In this document: positions 25,656 to 35,041 of the stretch, piece by piece
Layout: every line of letters begins with the position of its first letter
How positions within the stretch are numbered: position 1 is the first letter of the stretch
NCBI GenBank assembly: GCA_031551135.1
Contig: JAVBOA010000026.1
Coordinates: forward strand, 26,683 to 90,682
Source: Eubacteriales bacterium
GTDB taxonomy: Bacteria; Bacillota; Clostridia; Lachnospirales; JAITVM01
DNA: 64,000 bases
Reading direction: 5' to 3'
Translations under genes and position numbers: made by a program
Notes under the pieces: model-generated
Database searches by the model: none
The model's input: only the letters and a program-made list of their open reading frames with translations
What the model was told of the DNA's origin: nothing

Positions 25656-26975
25656 TTGGGCAAGAGAAATAACCTGTTTTCTAAATTTGCCTTGATTGTT
25701 TTGGGGACTGTTGGTATATTTTTGATTTTTTCATCAATTGTGGTGTATGCTTATAAATTTAAACAACCTAAAGCTCCATTGCAACGTTTTAAAGATGAAT
25801 ATGGCAACGAGATTACAGAAACAGACGGAATCGATACTACGGATAAGCATTTTATGGATGCTCCGGATAGAACAAATTTTTTGGTGGTTGGTGTTGACGC
25901 AATTACAGAAGGTCTCACGGACGTTATGTTGGTAGGATGCTTTGACACAAAAACCCAAATGATAAATCTTATGAGCATACCGAGGGATACAAAAATCGAT
26001 TTAGACCCAAAAACAACTCAACGTATTAAAGAAAACGGATACGGAAACTATGAGTATATGAAAATTAATTCTGTCAATAATTTCATTGGTAAAAAAGACG
26101 GTATGGAATATGTTAAGCTGGAAGTCGAAAACCTATTGAATATTAAGATCGATTATTACGCCCTTATTAACACTAAAGCTTTTAGAGAAATTGTTGATAT
26201 TTTGGGCGGCGTTAAAATGACGCTGGACAGAAATTATTTTTATGAAGACCCATTGCAGGATTTGTATATAAACCTCAAAGCAGGAGAGCAGATTTTGGAT
26301 GGTGATGCCGCCGAAGGCTTGGTTAGGTACAGAAACGATTATATTCGCGGCGACGAAGACCGTATCGAAGTTCAGCAACGTTTTATGAAAGAACTTTTCT
26401 CGCAGGCGCTTAATAAGGATAATATTATAAAAAACGCTCCGGCACTTTTGGATCAAATGTTAAAATATGTCCGTACAGATTTCAATGTTTTGGACGCGCC
26501 GCCGTATTTGCAATATATAGACGCAATCAAAGGTGAAAATTTTCATTTTTATACAATGCCGGGTGCCGGTGAAACAGTTGTCGGCGACGATGGAAAAGAT
26601 GTTTCGTATTTCTTTTATGACAGGCAAAAGACAAATGAATTGGTGTCAAATATTTTTTACGGAAGTACTGTGAAGAGCACGGCGAATAATAATATCAACG
26701 CAAATTCGAAAAATGCGGAAATTGTTGTTTTAAACGGCTCCGGAGTAAAAAATGCAGCGGGTGACAAGCAAATTGAGCTTATTGGAGAAGGATTTAATGT
26801 AACCGGAATTGGAACTTATGACGGAGTGCAGCAGAAGCAAACTCGAATTTTTGTAAAATCATTAACTACAGGCTATGATTTGCTGCCGTATTTTAATGAT
26901 GCTAAAGTCGAGCTTGATACGATTAATATAACGAGTAATTCTGATATAGTAATTGTTTTAGGAACGAACGAATAA
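25656..26975 (+). CDS. LCP family (LytR-CpsA-Psr) cell-envelope transferase
   Basis: TTG start after AGGAGGGG; N-terminal TM helix; LCP core motif NLMSIPRDT; C-terminal LytR_C-like domain. Confidence 0.85.
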   Translation: MGKRNNLFSKFALIVLGTVGIFLIFSSIVVYAYKFKQPKAPLQRFKDEYGNEITETDGIDTTDKHFMDAPDRTNFLVVGVDAITEGLTDVMLVGCFDTKTQMINLMSIPRDTKIDLDPKTTQRIKENGYGNYEYMKINSVNNFIGKKDGMEYVKLEVENLLNIKIDYYALINTKAFREIVDILGGVKMTLDRNYFYEDPLQDLYINLKAGEQILDGDAAEGLVRYRNDYIRGDEDRIEVQQRFMKELFSQALNKDNIIKNAPALLDQMLKYVRTDFNVLDAPPYLQYIDAIKGENFHFYTMPGAGETVVGDDGKDVSYFFYDRQKTNELVSNIFYGSTVKSTANNNINANSKNAEIVVLNGSGVKNAAGDKQIELIGEGFNVTGIGTYDGVQQKQTRIFVKSLTTGYDLLPYFNDAKVELDTINITSNSDIVIVLGTNE

Positions 26976-26989
26976 TTAAATTATATTTT

Positions 26990-27017
26990 AAGGCATAAAT
27001 ATTTGTATTTATGCCTT
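26990..27017 (+). terminator. terminator after the LCP gene
   Basis: AAGGCATAAATA TTTG TATTTATGCCTT followed by TGTTGTTG. Confidence 0.6.
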
Positions 27018-27240
27018 TGTTGTTGTATAATGTAACGTAAGTTCGACAAAGTCGAACTTACGTTATGAGTATAAAATTGAGTGCTTTTTGCTCAATTTTG
27101 TACGAATATTCAATTATAGTAAAAAAAGTTTTGATTATCGGAATATTTTTTTGATACTAATGTTTTTATATTCTGCTTTCTCTGATTTCGTCTTGATTTC
27201 TAATACTTTTAAAATAATGAAATTAAGCCGAAAATAATTA

Positions 27241-27269
27241 TTGACACATAAATTTAAAGCTGATATAAT
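27241..27269 (+). promoter_or_regulatory. consensus sigma-A promoter for tRNA-Asp
   Basis: TTGACA - 17 nt - TATAAT, 30 nt upstream of the tRNA. Confidence 0.75.
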
Positions 27270-27299
27270 CTTTAATTGTCGGAACAAATTAATCTGTCC

Positions 27300-27373
27300 G
27301 GTCCAGTAGCTCAGTTGGTTAGAGTGCCGGCCTGTCACGCCGGAGGTCGAGGGTTCGAGCCCCTTCTGGATCG
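27300..27373 (+). tRNA. tRNA-Asp (GTC)
   Basis: Cloverleaf readable by eye: acceptor GGTCCAG/CTGGATC, anticodon arm CCGGC-CTGTCAC-GCCGG (GTC), T-arm GAGGGTTCGAGCCCCTT. No CCA is encoded. Confidence 0.9.
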
Positions 27374-27513
27374 TTTTTTAATCGAAATCTTTTTGGGATT
27401 TCTTTTTTTTTGCTCTGTTTGTGAATTTTGTTTTTCATGATAAAAAATCAAACTGTTAAAACTGATGTAAATGTTGTTGAACATATTTTATATTTATAAG
27501 GTGGATATTTTAA

Positions 27514-28866
27514 ATGACTAAGAAATTTATTTTGGTTTTGTGTTTTTTATTTTGTATGCCTAATCTAATTTTTGCAGCCCAAATCGAGGAGATTTCTGCA
27601 AAATCCGCTATGCTGGTTGACCAAAAAACCGGAAAGGTTTTGCATGCAAAAAACGAACATGAAAGAGTTTTTCCGGCCAGCACAACAAAAATTTTAACAG
27701 CGATTTTGGCTATGGAATATTTGGACATGGACGAGCTTTATGTTGTCGGTAGGGAAATAAATGATATCCCGTTAGATTCCAGCAAAGCCGGACATGTTGT
27801 CGGTGAGAGTATTATCGGATTGAATTTGATACGCGGTCTCATTATTCCATCCGGTAACGAGACGGCGTGTGTTGTAGCGATGCAGGTTGCAAAAAAAGCC
27901 TCGGGACAGGACTTAAATTACGCACAGGCCGAGCAGTATTTTTCTGATATGATGAACGAAAAGGCAAAGGAATTGGGCGCGCTGGATTCGAATTTTGTAA
28001 ATCCGCATGGTTACCATAATGAAAACCACTATACAACTGCTTATGATATGACATTGATTGCGCGCGAAGCAATGAACAATGAAGTGATTCGCGATATTGT
28101 GAAAGAAAAATCTTTCGTCGGCAACGGCGCAGGCGACAAAAAAACGGATGACTTAATTACGAATGACTATTCTTGGAATTCGCATAATTTATTATTGAAT
28201 AGCAATGAATATTCATATCCTTATGCAAACGGAATAAAGACCGGTTTTACTAACGAAGCCGGATCTTCGGTTGTTGCATCGGCAGAAAAAGACGGTAAAT
28301 TTTTTATCGCAACGGTTTTTTTCTCACCGGAACCGGGAAGATGGATTGACTCGAAAAATTTATTCGAGTTTGGTTTCGATAATTTCAATTATGAAACTTT
28401 AGTCGGAAAATTAGCTCCGGTCAGCAATATGGTTTTGGATAAGCCGCTGTTGGGCCAAAGTGAGGATATGGAACTTGTGGCCGAAAATGAGTTTGTCGGG
28501 CTTTTTAGCAAGGAAGAAATGCAGAAAATAACAAATAATATAACGATTAATCCCGAAAATCTAGTGACTGTGGAAAATTCAGAATCTACTTTAAAGACTC
28601 CGCTGAAAAAAGGCGATTTAGTCGGCTCCGTTGTTTATACATTGGACGGTCAAGAAGTATTTAAAACAAATTTATTGGCCGGTCAAGATGCCGAACGCCG
28701 TACAATTGTCACCGATATCAAATATTATTTTAATCTGGCAAAAACAAACGCTTTTACATTAAAAGCCGTTCCATATTGGGGCGGCGGAATTTTGTTTATT
28801 GCGTTAGTAGTTTTTATAATCTCCAAAATCAAAAAAGGCGGTCGAAAAGGTTACGGATATTATTAA
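27514..28866 (+). CDS. D-alanyl-D-alanine carboxypeptidase (S11, PBP5-like)
   Basis: Signal peptide; SxxK (ASTTK) and SGN motifs; C-terminal membrane anchor. Confidence 0.9.
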   Translation: MTKKFILVLCFLFCMPNLIFAAQIEEISAKSAMLVDQKTGKVLHAKNEHERVFPASTTKILTAILAMEYLDMDELYVVGREINDIPLDSSKAGHVVGESIIGLNLIRGLIIPSGNETACVVAMQVAKKASGQDLNYAQAEQYFSDMMNEKAKELGALDSNFVNPHGYHNENHYTTAYDMTLIAREAMNNEVIRDIVKEKSFVGNGAGDKKTDDLITNDYSWNSHNLLLNSNEYSYPYANGIKTGFTNEAGSSVVASAEKDGKFFIATVFFSPEPGRWIDSKNLFEFGFDNFNYETLVGKLAPVSNMVLDKPLLGQSEDMELVAENEFVGLFSKEEMQKITNNITINPENLVTVENSESTLKTPLKKGDLVGSVVYTLDGQEVFKTNLLAGQDAERRTIVTDIKYYFNLAKTNAFTLKAVPYWGGGILFIALVVFIISKIKKGGRKGYGYY

Positions 28867-29037
28867 TTAGATTGACTCTTGTTTAAAAACAATGCTGTTT
28901 TCTATTTGGGAATCTGAACTTTGTGTATAATACTTTCAGCTCCCTGAACTTATGTTTATTATTCTATGGCTCGAGAGCTGAAGATTAATGCTGTTCAGAG
29001 AGCTATTTTTTTGAGAAGATTTGATTCTTTAAATACG

Positions 29038-29074
29038 TATATATTTTTTTCTATCCTTTATAATGAAAATAATA
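29038..29074 (+). repeat. partial TIR-hairpin element (right arm)
   Basis: ATATTTTTTTCTATCCTTTATAATGAAAATAATA lies 18 nt upstream of the 29092 start codon. Confidence 0.75.
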
Positions 29075-29091
29075 TAAGGAAGGTGAATATT

Positions 29092-30333
29092 ATGGATTCA
29101 AAATTAAAGCGTATAATTTTCATAATGTTGCGAATTGCCGCAAGTCTTTTTATCGCGTACGTCTTTTATATTATCTGGGCTATAATTGCAGAGGATATGT
29201 ATTATGATAACTATTATGGCCCTCTGGATTATTTAGGTGCTTCTTGGAATGGTTCCCATACGATAGCAATAATCTGTATCGGAATATATATAATTACTTT
29301 GTTTTTCATATGGAAATTGCTTAAGCTTAAATGGCGCCTTATAGTAACGGGTTCTATCTTTATTTTTGTTATCTGCTGCGGAATATTTTACGTGTATCAA
29401 AAGGATATGCTCGAAATACGTGCATTGGGAGAATCGGGAGATGAAATCAATCTAAGGGATTATGAACCTTTTTGTGAAAACACTCTAGCGAAAAGCCTTG
29501 ATGAAGAGTCGTCATTAATTCTTCAAAATCATCTGCCGCGTATGGATGGCGCAACTGCGCTTTATCCTCTTTATTCTGCATTCGCCCGCGCGACATATCC
29601 AGAAGCGGTATATTTCGTCTATGGAGAAAACAGTGCTGTTGATTGCTCGAGAACTTCCGGTGCATTTAACAGTTTGCTCAAGGGAACTGCCGATGTAATA
29701 TTTCTTATGGGCATTTCAGATGAACAGCGTAAACAGGCTGATGAGCTTGGCTTAGAATTGACGCTGACACCAATAGGGAAAGAGGGATTTGTTTTCTTTG
29801 TTAATAAGGCAAATTCCATGAAAAATCTGTCTGTCGAAAATATTAAAGGTATTTATTCCGGCAAAATAAAAAACTGGCATGAGCTTGGCGCTGGAAATAG
29901 AGAGATACTTGCATATCAAAGACCGGAAGCTTCGGGAAGTCAAATAATGCTCAGAGAAATTATGGGAGATACGCCGATTGTCGAAGTACCCGAAAAAGAT
30001 AATTATTATTTAATGATGGATATGTACAAGGCTGTAGCTTACAAAAACCACAAAAATGCCTTAGGATATTCATTTCTATTTTATATACGGGATATGATTG
30101 CAGAAAATAAAATTAAGTTTCTTTCGATAGACGGAGTTGAACCTGTAGCAGCAAATATCGCAAGCGGAGATTATCCCTTTGCACATGATTTTTATGCAAT
30201 TACTGCTACGCGGCAGTACACGACGGACGACGAAAAGGCGCGTGCTGATAACACACAAAAACTTATTGAATGGATACTTTCCTCCCAAGGTCAAAGCCTT
30301 GTTGAAAAAACGGGATATGTACCACTTTCATAA
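29092..30333 (+). CDS. membrane-anchored PstS-like (PBP_like_2) substrate-binding protein
   Basis: ATG 29092 follows AAGGAAGGTG; the track ORF from 28966 reads through a repeat. About 4 N-terminal TM helices, then a PstS-type domain (KGTADVIF, NIKGIYSGKIKNW, RPEASGS). Confidence 0.7.
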   Translation: MDSKLKRIIFIMLRIAASLFIAYVFYIIWAIIAEDMYYDNYYGPLDYLGASWNGSHTIAIICIGIYIITLFFIWKLLKLKWRLIVTGSIFIFVICCGIFYVYQKDMLEIRALGESGDEINLRDYEPFCENTLAKSLDEESSLILQNHLPRMDGATALYPLYSAFARATYPEAVYFVYGENSAVDCSRTSGAFNSLLKGTADVIFLMGISDEQRKQADELGLELTLTPIGKEGFVFFVNKANSMKNLSVENIKGIYSGKIKNWHELGAGNREILAYQRPEASGSQIMLREIMGDTPIVEVPEKDNYYLMMDMYKAVAYKNHKNALGYSFLFYIRDMIAENKIKFLSIDGVEPVAANIASGDYPFAHDFYAITATRQYTTDDEKARADNTQKLIEWILSSQGQSLVEKTGYVPLS

Positions 30334-30373
30334 TTTATTAAGCTATAGCAATTTCATGGTTGACTTGCCATTA

Positions 30374-30484
30374 TACTATTTCCCTTTTAAAGAATAGAAA
30401 AAAATATTTCATTCCGCGCTTGAAGCGTTGCGCGGAACGCTTCGCTGTGAAAATTTTTTTCTACAAATCAAATGGGAATTAGTA
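30374..30484 (-). repeat. TIR-hairpin element, full length (111 bp), orientation B
   Basis: Near-identical to 21715-21825. Confidence 0.95.
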
Positions 30485-30659
30485 TTACATGCCGGAAAAT
30501 GGTTAAACGATTTATTCCCAAAAAAATATAATTGCTTGATTTCTAGGAATTTTTTGGTATAATAGAAAACAATAAAAGCTTGTTTAAGACGTTTGATACA
30601 AATTTCTATTATTAGCACGAATTTTCAACGAAGCTGAATTAAAAATTGGAGTGATAATT

Positions 30660-31307
30660 ATGGCGGCTTCAAATGGTAATTGCTTTATCTGCGGAAAGAC
30701 TACCGGTAAAATAGCGATTAAAAACCATATCATGAAAGAACACAATAGCGGCAACGAATCTTGCTATCTCCTCAAGGCTGAAGGAGCATACGACAAAGAT
30801 TTCTGGCTATTTTTTACTGTACCTATTAATGCGACTTTGACTGCTGTGGATGGATTTTTGCGCGATATTTGGTGTGAATGCTGCGGGCATTTGAGTGCGT
30901 TTCGAATGGGTGGCCGCGAATTGGGTGAAAGACAAAAACTCTCATCATTAAAGATTGGCGATAATTTTTTGTACGAATACGACTTTGGTTCAACAACAGA
31001 AATAATAATTACAGTTGTTGATAAAATTTCAAGAGAGAAGCTCAAGGAAAAGGTGCAATTACTTGCAAGAAACGCTCCGCCGCAGGAAACTTGCATGCAA
31101 TGCGGCGCACCGGCCACAATAGTGGATTCTTGGGAAGGTGACCTGCTTTGCGAAGAATGCGCTAAAGAAGTCGAAGACGAAGATGCTATAATGCCGATAG
31201 TAAATTCGCCTCGAATAGGTGAGTGCGCCTATGACGGAGAGCTGGATATTTGGACATTTGACCCAAATGGGCCTTTTCCACAACCACAAATATCAAAATC
31301 AAGATGA
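30660..31307 (+). CDS. Cys-rich protein with pRiA4b ORF-3-like (MM3350-like) core
   Basis: FLYEYDFGSTTEIIITV resembles the YxYDFGDxWxH core. CxxC pairs occur at both ends. The family assignment is from memory. Confidence 0.45.
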   Translation: MAASNGNCFICGKTTGKIAIKNHIMKEHNSGNESCYLLKAEGAYDKDFWLFFTVPINATLTAVDGFLRDIWCECCGHLSAFRMGGRELGERQKLSSLKIGDNFLYEYDFGSTTEIIITVVDKISREKLKEKVQLLARNAPPQETCMQCGAPATIVDSWEGDLLCEECAKEVEDEDAIMPIVNSPRIGECAYDGELDIWTFDPNGPFPQPQISKSR

Positions 31308-31332
31308 GCCGTATCCTTCTGAGAAAGAATAT

Positions 31333-31376
31333 AAAGACCTAAATTGCTGAACAGAACAGCATTTTAGGTCTTTTAG
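31333..31376. terminator. hairpin between convergent genes
   Basis: AAAGACCTAAA ... TTTAGGTCTTT with an inner TGCTG/CAGCA stem. Confidence 0.6.
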
Positions 31377-31425
31377 ATTTCTACATAATACTTATTTTAC
31401 TTTAATTTGCAGAGCAACAGTTTTA

Positions 31426-31911
31426 TCAGAAATTATTCCTACGCTCCATCAAAATTACGTTATGCCAATTTCCAAAACGGTCGCGGGCTATTTTTTCGCG
31501 GTAGCCGATTTTTCGAAAATTAAATTTTTCATGTAATTTTATGCTGGGAACATTTTCTTCAAAAATAATTGATTGCAATGACCAAAAACCATTTTTTTCA
31601 GATTCTTCGATAAGTGCGTTTAGAAGCATAGAGCCTACACCTTTGGATTTATAGCCGTCGGATATATAAATACTCAATTCTGCCGCGCCCCAGTATGCTT
31701 TTTTTGCAGAAATCGGCGTGAGAGCTGCCCAACCAATAATTTTTTCGTTTTCCTCAATAACTAACCGGCAAATTTTTACATGCGCCGAATCCCATTTTTC
31801 AAATTCAGGTAATTCATTGTCAAAAGTCGAAATCAAATTATCTATTCCCATTTTATAGATTTCCATTATCTGATTCCAGTCCGAATTTTTCATTTCTCTG
31901 ATTTTATACAA
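31426..31911 (-). CDS. GNAT family N-acetyltransferase (phosphinothricin acetyltransferase-like)
   Basis: 161 aa with a GNAT fold pattern (KSKGVGSMLLNALIEESEKNGFWSL). Confidence 0.8.
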   Translation of the reverse strand: MYKIREMKNSDWNQIMEIYKMGIDNLISTFDNELPEFEKWDSAHVKICRLVIEENEKIIGWAALTPISAKKAYWGAAELSIYISDGYKSKGVGSMLLNALIEESEKNGFWSLQSIIFEENVPSIKLHEKFNFRKIGYREKIARDRFGNWHNVILMERRNNF

Positions 31912-31913
31912 TG

Positions 31914-32522
31914 TCAGAATCTCCTAAACAGGCCGATAACTTTGCCGGAAATATTTAAATCATCAACAAAAATCGGCTCATAAGCCGGGTTTTCCGGTTG
32001 CAGCTTAAAGCAGTCTTCGAGTTTATAAAATGTCTTAACTGTGGCTACATCATCGATTAATGCAACGACTATATCTCCGTTATTCGCAGTCGATTGTTTG
32101 CGGACAAGAACTAAATCCTTATCCATAATACCTGCATTTATCATGGAATCGCCTTGAATTTTTAGCATAAATACTTCATCATCTTTGACATATTCAGAAG
32201 GAATCGGAAAATAATCTTCGGTATTTTGCAAAGCAAGTATTGGTATTCCGGCAGTAACTTTACCGATAATAGGAACATTTACATAATCGTCTGGACTTGT
32301 ATAAAAACCCACTTCTAAAATTTCAATAGAGCGGTTTTTCAGCGGCGAACGTTTGATGAACCCTTTTTTTTCTAACGCGGTTAAATGTAAATGAACTGTC
32401 GAAGTAGATTTTAAATTCATTGATTTGCAAATTTCTCTAACAGAAGGCGGATAGCCGTTTTTTCTAATCTCTTTTTTCAGAAGTTCATAAATTTCAAGTT
32501 GTTTGTCAGTTAATTCATGCAT
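31914..32522 (-). CDS. lexA: LexA repressor
   Basis: N-terminal wHTH (GYPPSVREI) and an S24 domain with GDSMINAGI. Confidence 0.95.
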   Translation of the reverse strand: MHELTDKQLEIYELLKKEIRKNGYPPSVREICKSMNLKSTSTVHLHLTALEKKGFIKRSPLKNRSIEILEVGFYTSPDDYVNVPIIGKVTAGIPILALQNTEDYFPIPSEYVKDDEVFMLKIQGDSMINAGIMDKDLVLVRKQSTANNGDIVVALIDDVATVKTFYKLEDCFKLQPENPAYEPIFVDDLNISGKVIGLFRRF

Positions 32523-32623
32523 AAAAACACCCCTTATAATTTTGAAATATTACTATATAAATGAAAGAGTAATCGTTAGAAAAACTTTGCCTAATTTATT
32601 GTACCACATAACTAAATTATTTT

Positions 32624-32637
32624 CAAACAAATGTTCT
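32624..32637. promoter_or_regulatory. candidate SOS (LexA) box upstream of lexA
   Basis: CAAACAAATGTTCT compared with the Gram-positive consensus CGAAC-N4-GTTCG; one half-site is imperfect. Confidence 0.45.
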
Positions 32638-32800
32638 TGTTAAAGAAATATTTTTTTCAATCGAAACCAGTTAAAAATTGCTATAGAAATCTTTTGTAAT
32701 ATATCGGCATTTATAATTTTTGTAATCAAAATATTTTTGAAATTAATTTTTGTTCGAGGTATAATATAATTTAATAGTATAAGATACATTGGGAGGAAAT

Positions 32801-33796
32801 ATGGACAAAAAAATTATTTTTAGCGGAATGCAGCCGACTTCATTGCCGCATTTGGGAAATTATTTAGGAGCAATAAAAAATTGGGTTAAAGAGCAAGAAA
32901 ATTATAATTGCTTATTTTGCGTTGTTGATATGCATTCGCTCACAGTGCGTCAAGAACCTGCAGTTCTTCGAAAAAACAGCAGAGATTTAGTTTTGCTTTA
33001 TATAGCTTGCGGTTTAGACCCTGTAAAAAATATTATTTATTATCAATCGCATGTTCCGGCGCACGCAGAATTGGCTTGGATTTTAAATTGCTATACTTAT
33101 ATGGGTGAGCTTAATAGAATGACACAATTCAAAGATAAATCCCAAAAATTTGAAAACAATATAAATGTCGGACTTTTTGAATATCCGGTGCTAATGGCCG
33201 CTGATATACTTTTGTTCCAAACAGATTTAGTTCCTGTCGGTGAAGACCAGCGTCAGCATTTGGAATTGAGCCGCGATATCGCTATTAGATTTAATAATAT
33301 TTACGGCGATGTTTTTAAAGTTCCCGAGCCGTATATTTCGCAAGTCGGTTCAAAAATCATGGGGCTTGCCGACCCTACTAAGAAAATGTCAAAGTCTGAC
33401 ACGGACAACGAAAACAATACAATATTTTTATTGGATGACCCGAAAAGAATCGCTTCTAAAATAAAAAGAGCGGTTACTGATTCGGATAATGAAATTCGTT
33501 ATACCGCAGAAAAACCGGGCATTAAGAATTTGATTGATATTTATATGACGATAACGGGAAAAAGCGTAGCGGAAGCGGAAAAGGAATTTTCGGGAATGGG
33601 ATATGGAACATTTAAGGAGATAATCGCAGAAGCCGTTGTTGAGGAGGTTTCAAAAATTCAAGAAAAATATTTAGAGTTAAGTAAAAACAAAGATTATATC
33701 GATAATATAATAAAGGACAATACTGAAAAAGCTAATTATCTTGCTTCTAAAACTCTAAATAAGGTTAAGAAAAAAATTGGTTTTGCCGCAAAATAA
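32801..33796 (+). CDS. trpS: tryptophan--tRNA ligase
   Basis: PHLGNYLG (HIGH-type) and KMSKSD motifs. ATG 32801 follows GGGAGGAA. Confidence 0.95.
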   Translation: MDKKIIFSGMQPTSLPHLGNYLGAIKNWVKEQENYNCLFCVVDMHSLTVRQEPAVLRKNSRDLVLLYIACGLDPVKNIIYYQSHVPAHAELAWILNCYTYMGELNRMTQFKDKSQKFENNINVGLFEYPVLMAADILLFQTDLVPVGEDQRQHLELSRDIAIRFNNIYGDVFKVPEPYISQVGSKIMGLADPTKKMSKSDTDNENNTIFLLDDPKRIASKIKRAVTDSDNEIRYTAEKPGIKNLIDIYMTITGKSVAEAEKEFSGMGYGTFKEIIAEAVVEEVSKIQEKYLELSKNKDYIDNIIKDNTEKANYLASKTLNKVKKKIGFAAK

Positions 33797-33861
33797 TTTC
33801 TTTGTAAAACCGCTTAATTAGTATTGCACAAATAAAAACACATAATTAGGAGGTTAATTAC

Positions 33862-34233
33862 ATGGAAAGTAAAAATTGCGCCAAGTGCGGCAGGCTGTAC
33901 TCATCTTTTGGCTCACCGATTTGTAATTCCTGCAAAGCGGAAGAAGAAGAGACTTTTTTGAAAGTAAAAGAATATATCGATGAGAACCCGAGCAATGATT
34001 TGAAAACAATCGAGTGTGAAACAGGAGTTTCGGCTCGTAAAATTTTGAAATATATAAAAGACGGACGAATAGTTATTACAAAAGGAATCAGCGGCGAGGT
34101 TAAATGCGATCAATGCGGAAAGCCGATAAGCAGCGGTAGGTATTGCGATAGATGTGTTTTGAAAATACAAGCTGTTGCAGAGGAATTGAAAGTTAAAAAA
34201 ACTCCGACGATTAAAATGCATAGCAGAAATTAA
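33862..34233 (+). CDS. zinc-ribbon protein resembling the YvyF/TIGR03826 flagellar-region family
   Basis: CAKCG...CNSCKAEEEETFLKVKEYI N-terminus and a second CDQCG...CDRC ribbon. Confidence 0.5.
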   Translation: MESKNCAKCGRLYSSFGSPICNSCKAEEEETFLKVKEYIDENPSNDLKTIECETGVSARKILKYIKDGRIVITKGISGEVKCDQCGKPISSGRYCDRCVLKIQAVAEELKVKKTPTIKMHSRN

Positions 34234-34278
34234 AAAACTTTCTCATGAAGCGGCGTATTTACGCCGCTTCAAAGCTTA

Positions 34279-34320
34279 TACTATTTTCATTATTAAGGAT
34301 AGAAAAAAATGAAAATAGTA
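34279..34320 (-). repeat. TIR-hairpin element, short form (42 bp)
   Basis: TACTATTTTCATTATTAAGGATAGAAAAAAATGAAAATAGTA, directly after the hairpin GAAGCGGCG/CGCCGCTTC (34247-34270). Confidence 0.9.
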
Positions 34321-34489
34321 TTAGAGGAGTATAAAAAACGTATACGTGATTTTTATAATAATGTCTGATTTTTACGGGCAATATATTTTGCTGTAATTTA
34401 TTGATTTATTCATCAATCAGTAGTATATTTATAGTATAATATAATAGAGTTATTGTTGAATTTCTCTTAGTGTAAAGGGGGAAAATATT

Positions 34490-34972
34490 GTGCTTACTAT
34501 TTCAATTTCACTTTTGCTAATCGGTTTGATTTTATTGCTGACAGAGGCGATGATTCCCGGTTTTGGCTTGCCCGGTATATCCGGAATAGTAGCTTTGTTG
34601 GTGTCTTTTATAATTACGATGTTTTATTTTCCGATTGCTATGGCATTAATGATAGTTTTTGGTGAAATATCCGCTATAGCTTTGATTATTTATATGGTTT
34701 ACCGGATTTTGAAACGCAGACAATTAATAAATAAACTAATCCTAAACGAAACACTGGATCAAGATAAAAATGAAATAGGCGGGCTTGATTATTTTTTAGG
34801 CAAAGAGGGCACTACTAAAACCGCTTTAAGACCTTATGGTTCTGCTGATTTTAATGGTTTTGTGGCGGAAGTATGCTCTGATGGTAATTTTATTCTGGAA
34901 AATAAAAAAGTCAAAGTTATTAAAATCACTAACAATAAAATTGTTGTAAAAGAACTCAGTAATTCTAATTAA
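34490..34972 (+). CDS. NfeD family protein
   Basis: GTG start; three TM helices plus a C-terminal OB-like domain; immediately upstream of floA, the usual pairing. Confidence 0.75.
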   Translation: MLTISISLLLIGLILLLTEAMIPGFGLPGISGIVALLVSFIITMFYFPIAMALMIVFGEISAIALIIYMVYRILKRRQLINKLILNETLDQDKNEIGGLDYFLGKEGTTKTALRPYGSADFNGFVAEVCSDGNFILENKKVKVIKITNNKIVVKELSNSN

Positions 34973-35041
34973 TTTAATGCAAATTAAACTAATTAGCTTG
35001 ATTTTAACATAGGTTCTTATTAAATGAAGGGTTGTGATTTA

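Noticed and set aside
27135-27338. 67-aa minus-strand ORF.
   Set aside because: It overlaps the tRNA-Asp gene and its consensus promoter, so it is not plausible as coding.
28966-29091. 42-codon extension of the PstS-like ORF. The same applies to the extensions of rpsO (51515-51628), pnp (51949-51990) and the 56982 gene (57597-57704).
   Set aside because: The extensions run through repeat, leader or terminator sequence and lack RBSs. Internal ATGs with good Shine-Dalgarno sites give proteins of canonical length.
32523-32800. T-box leader upstream of trpS.
   Set aside because: The 270-nt region has no specifier-loop/AGAGA features and no T-box sequence (AATNNGGTGGTACCGCG). It contains only promoter-like elements, a LexA-box candidate for the divergent lexA, and degenerate repeat termini.
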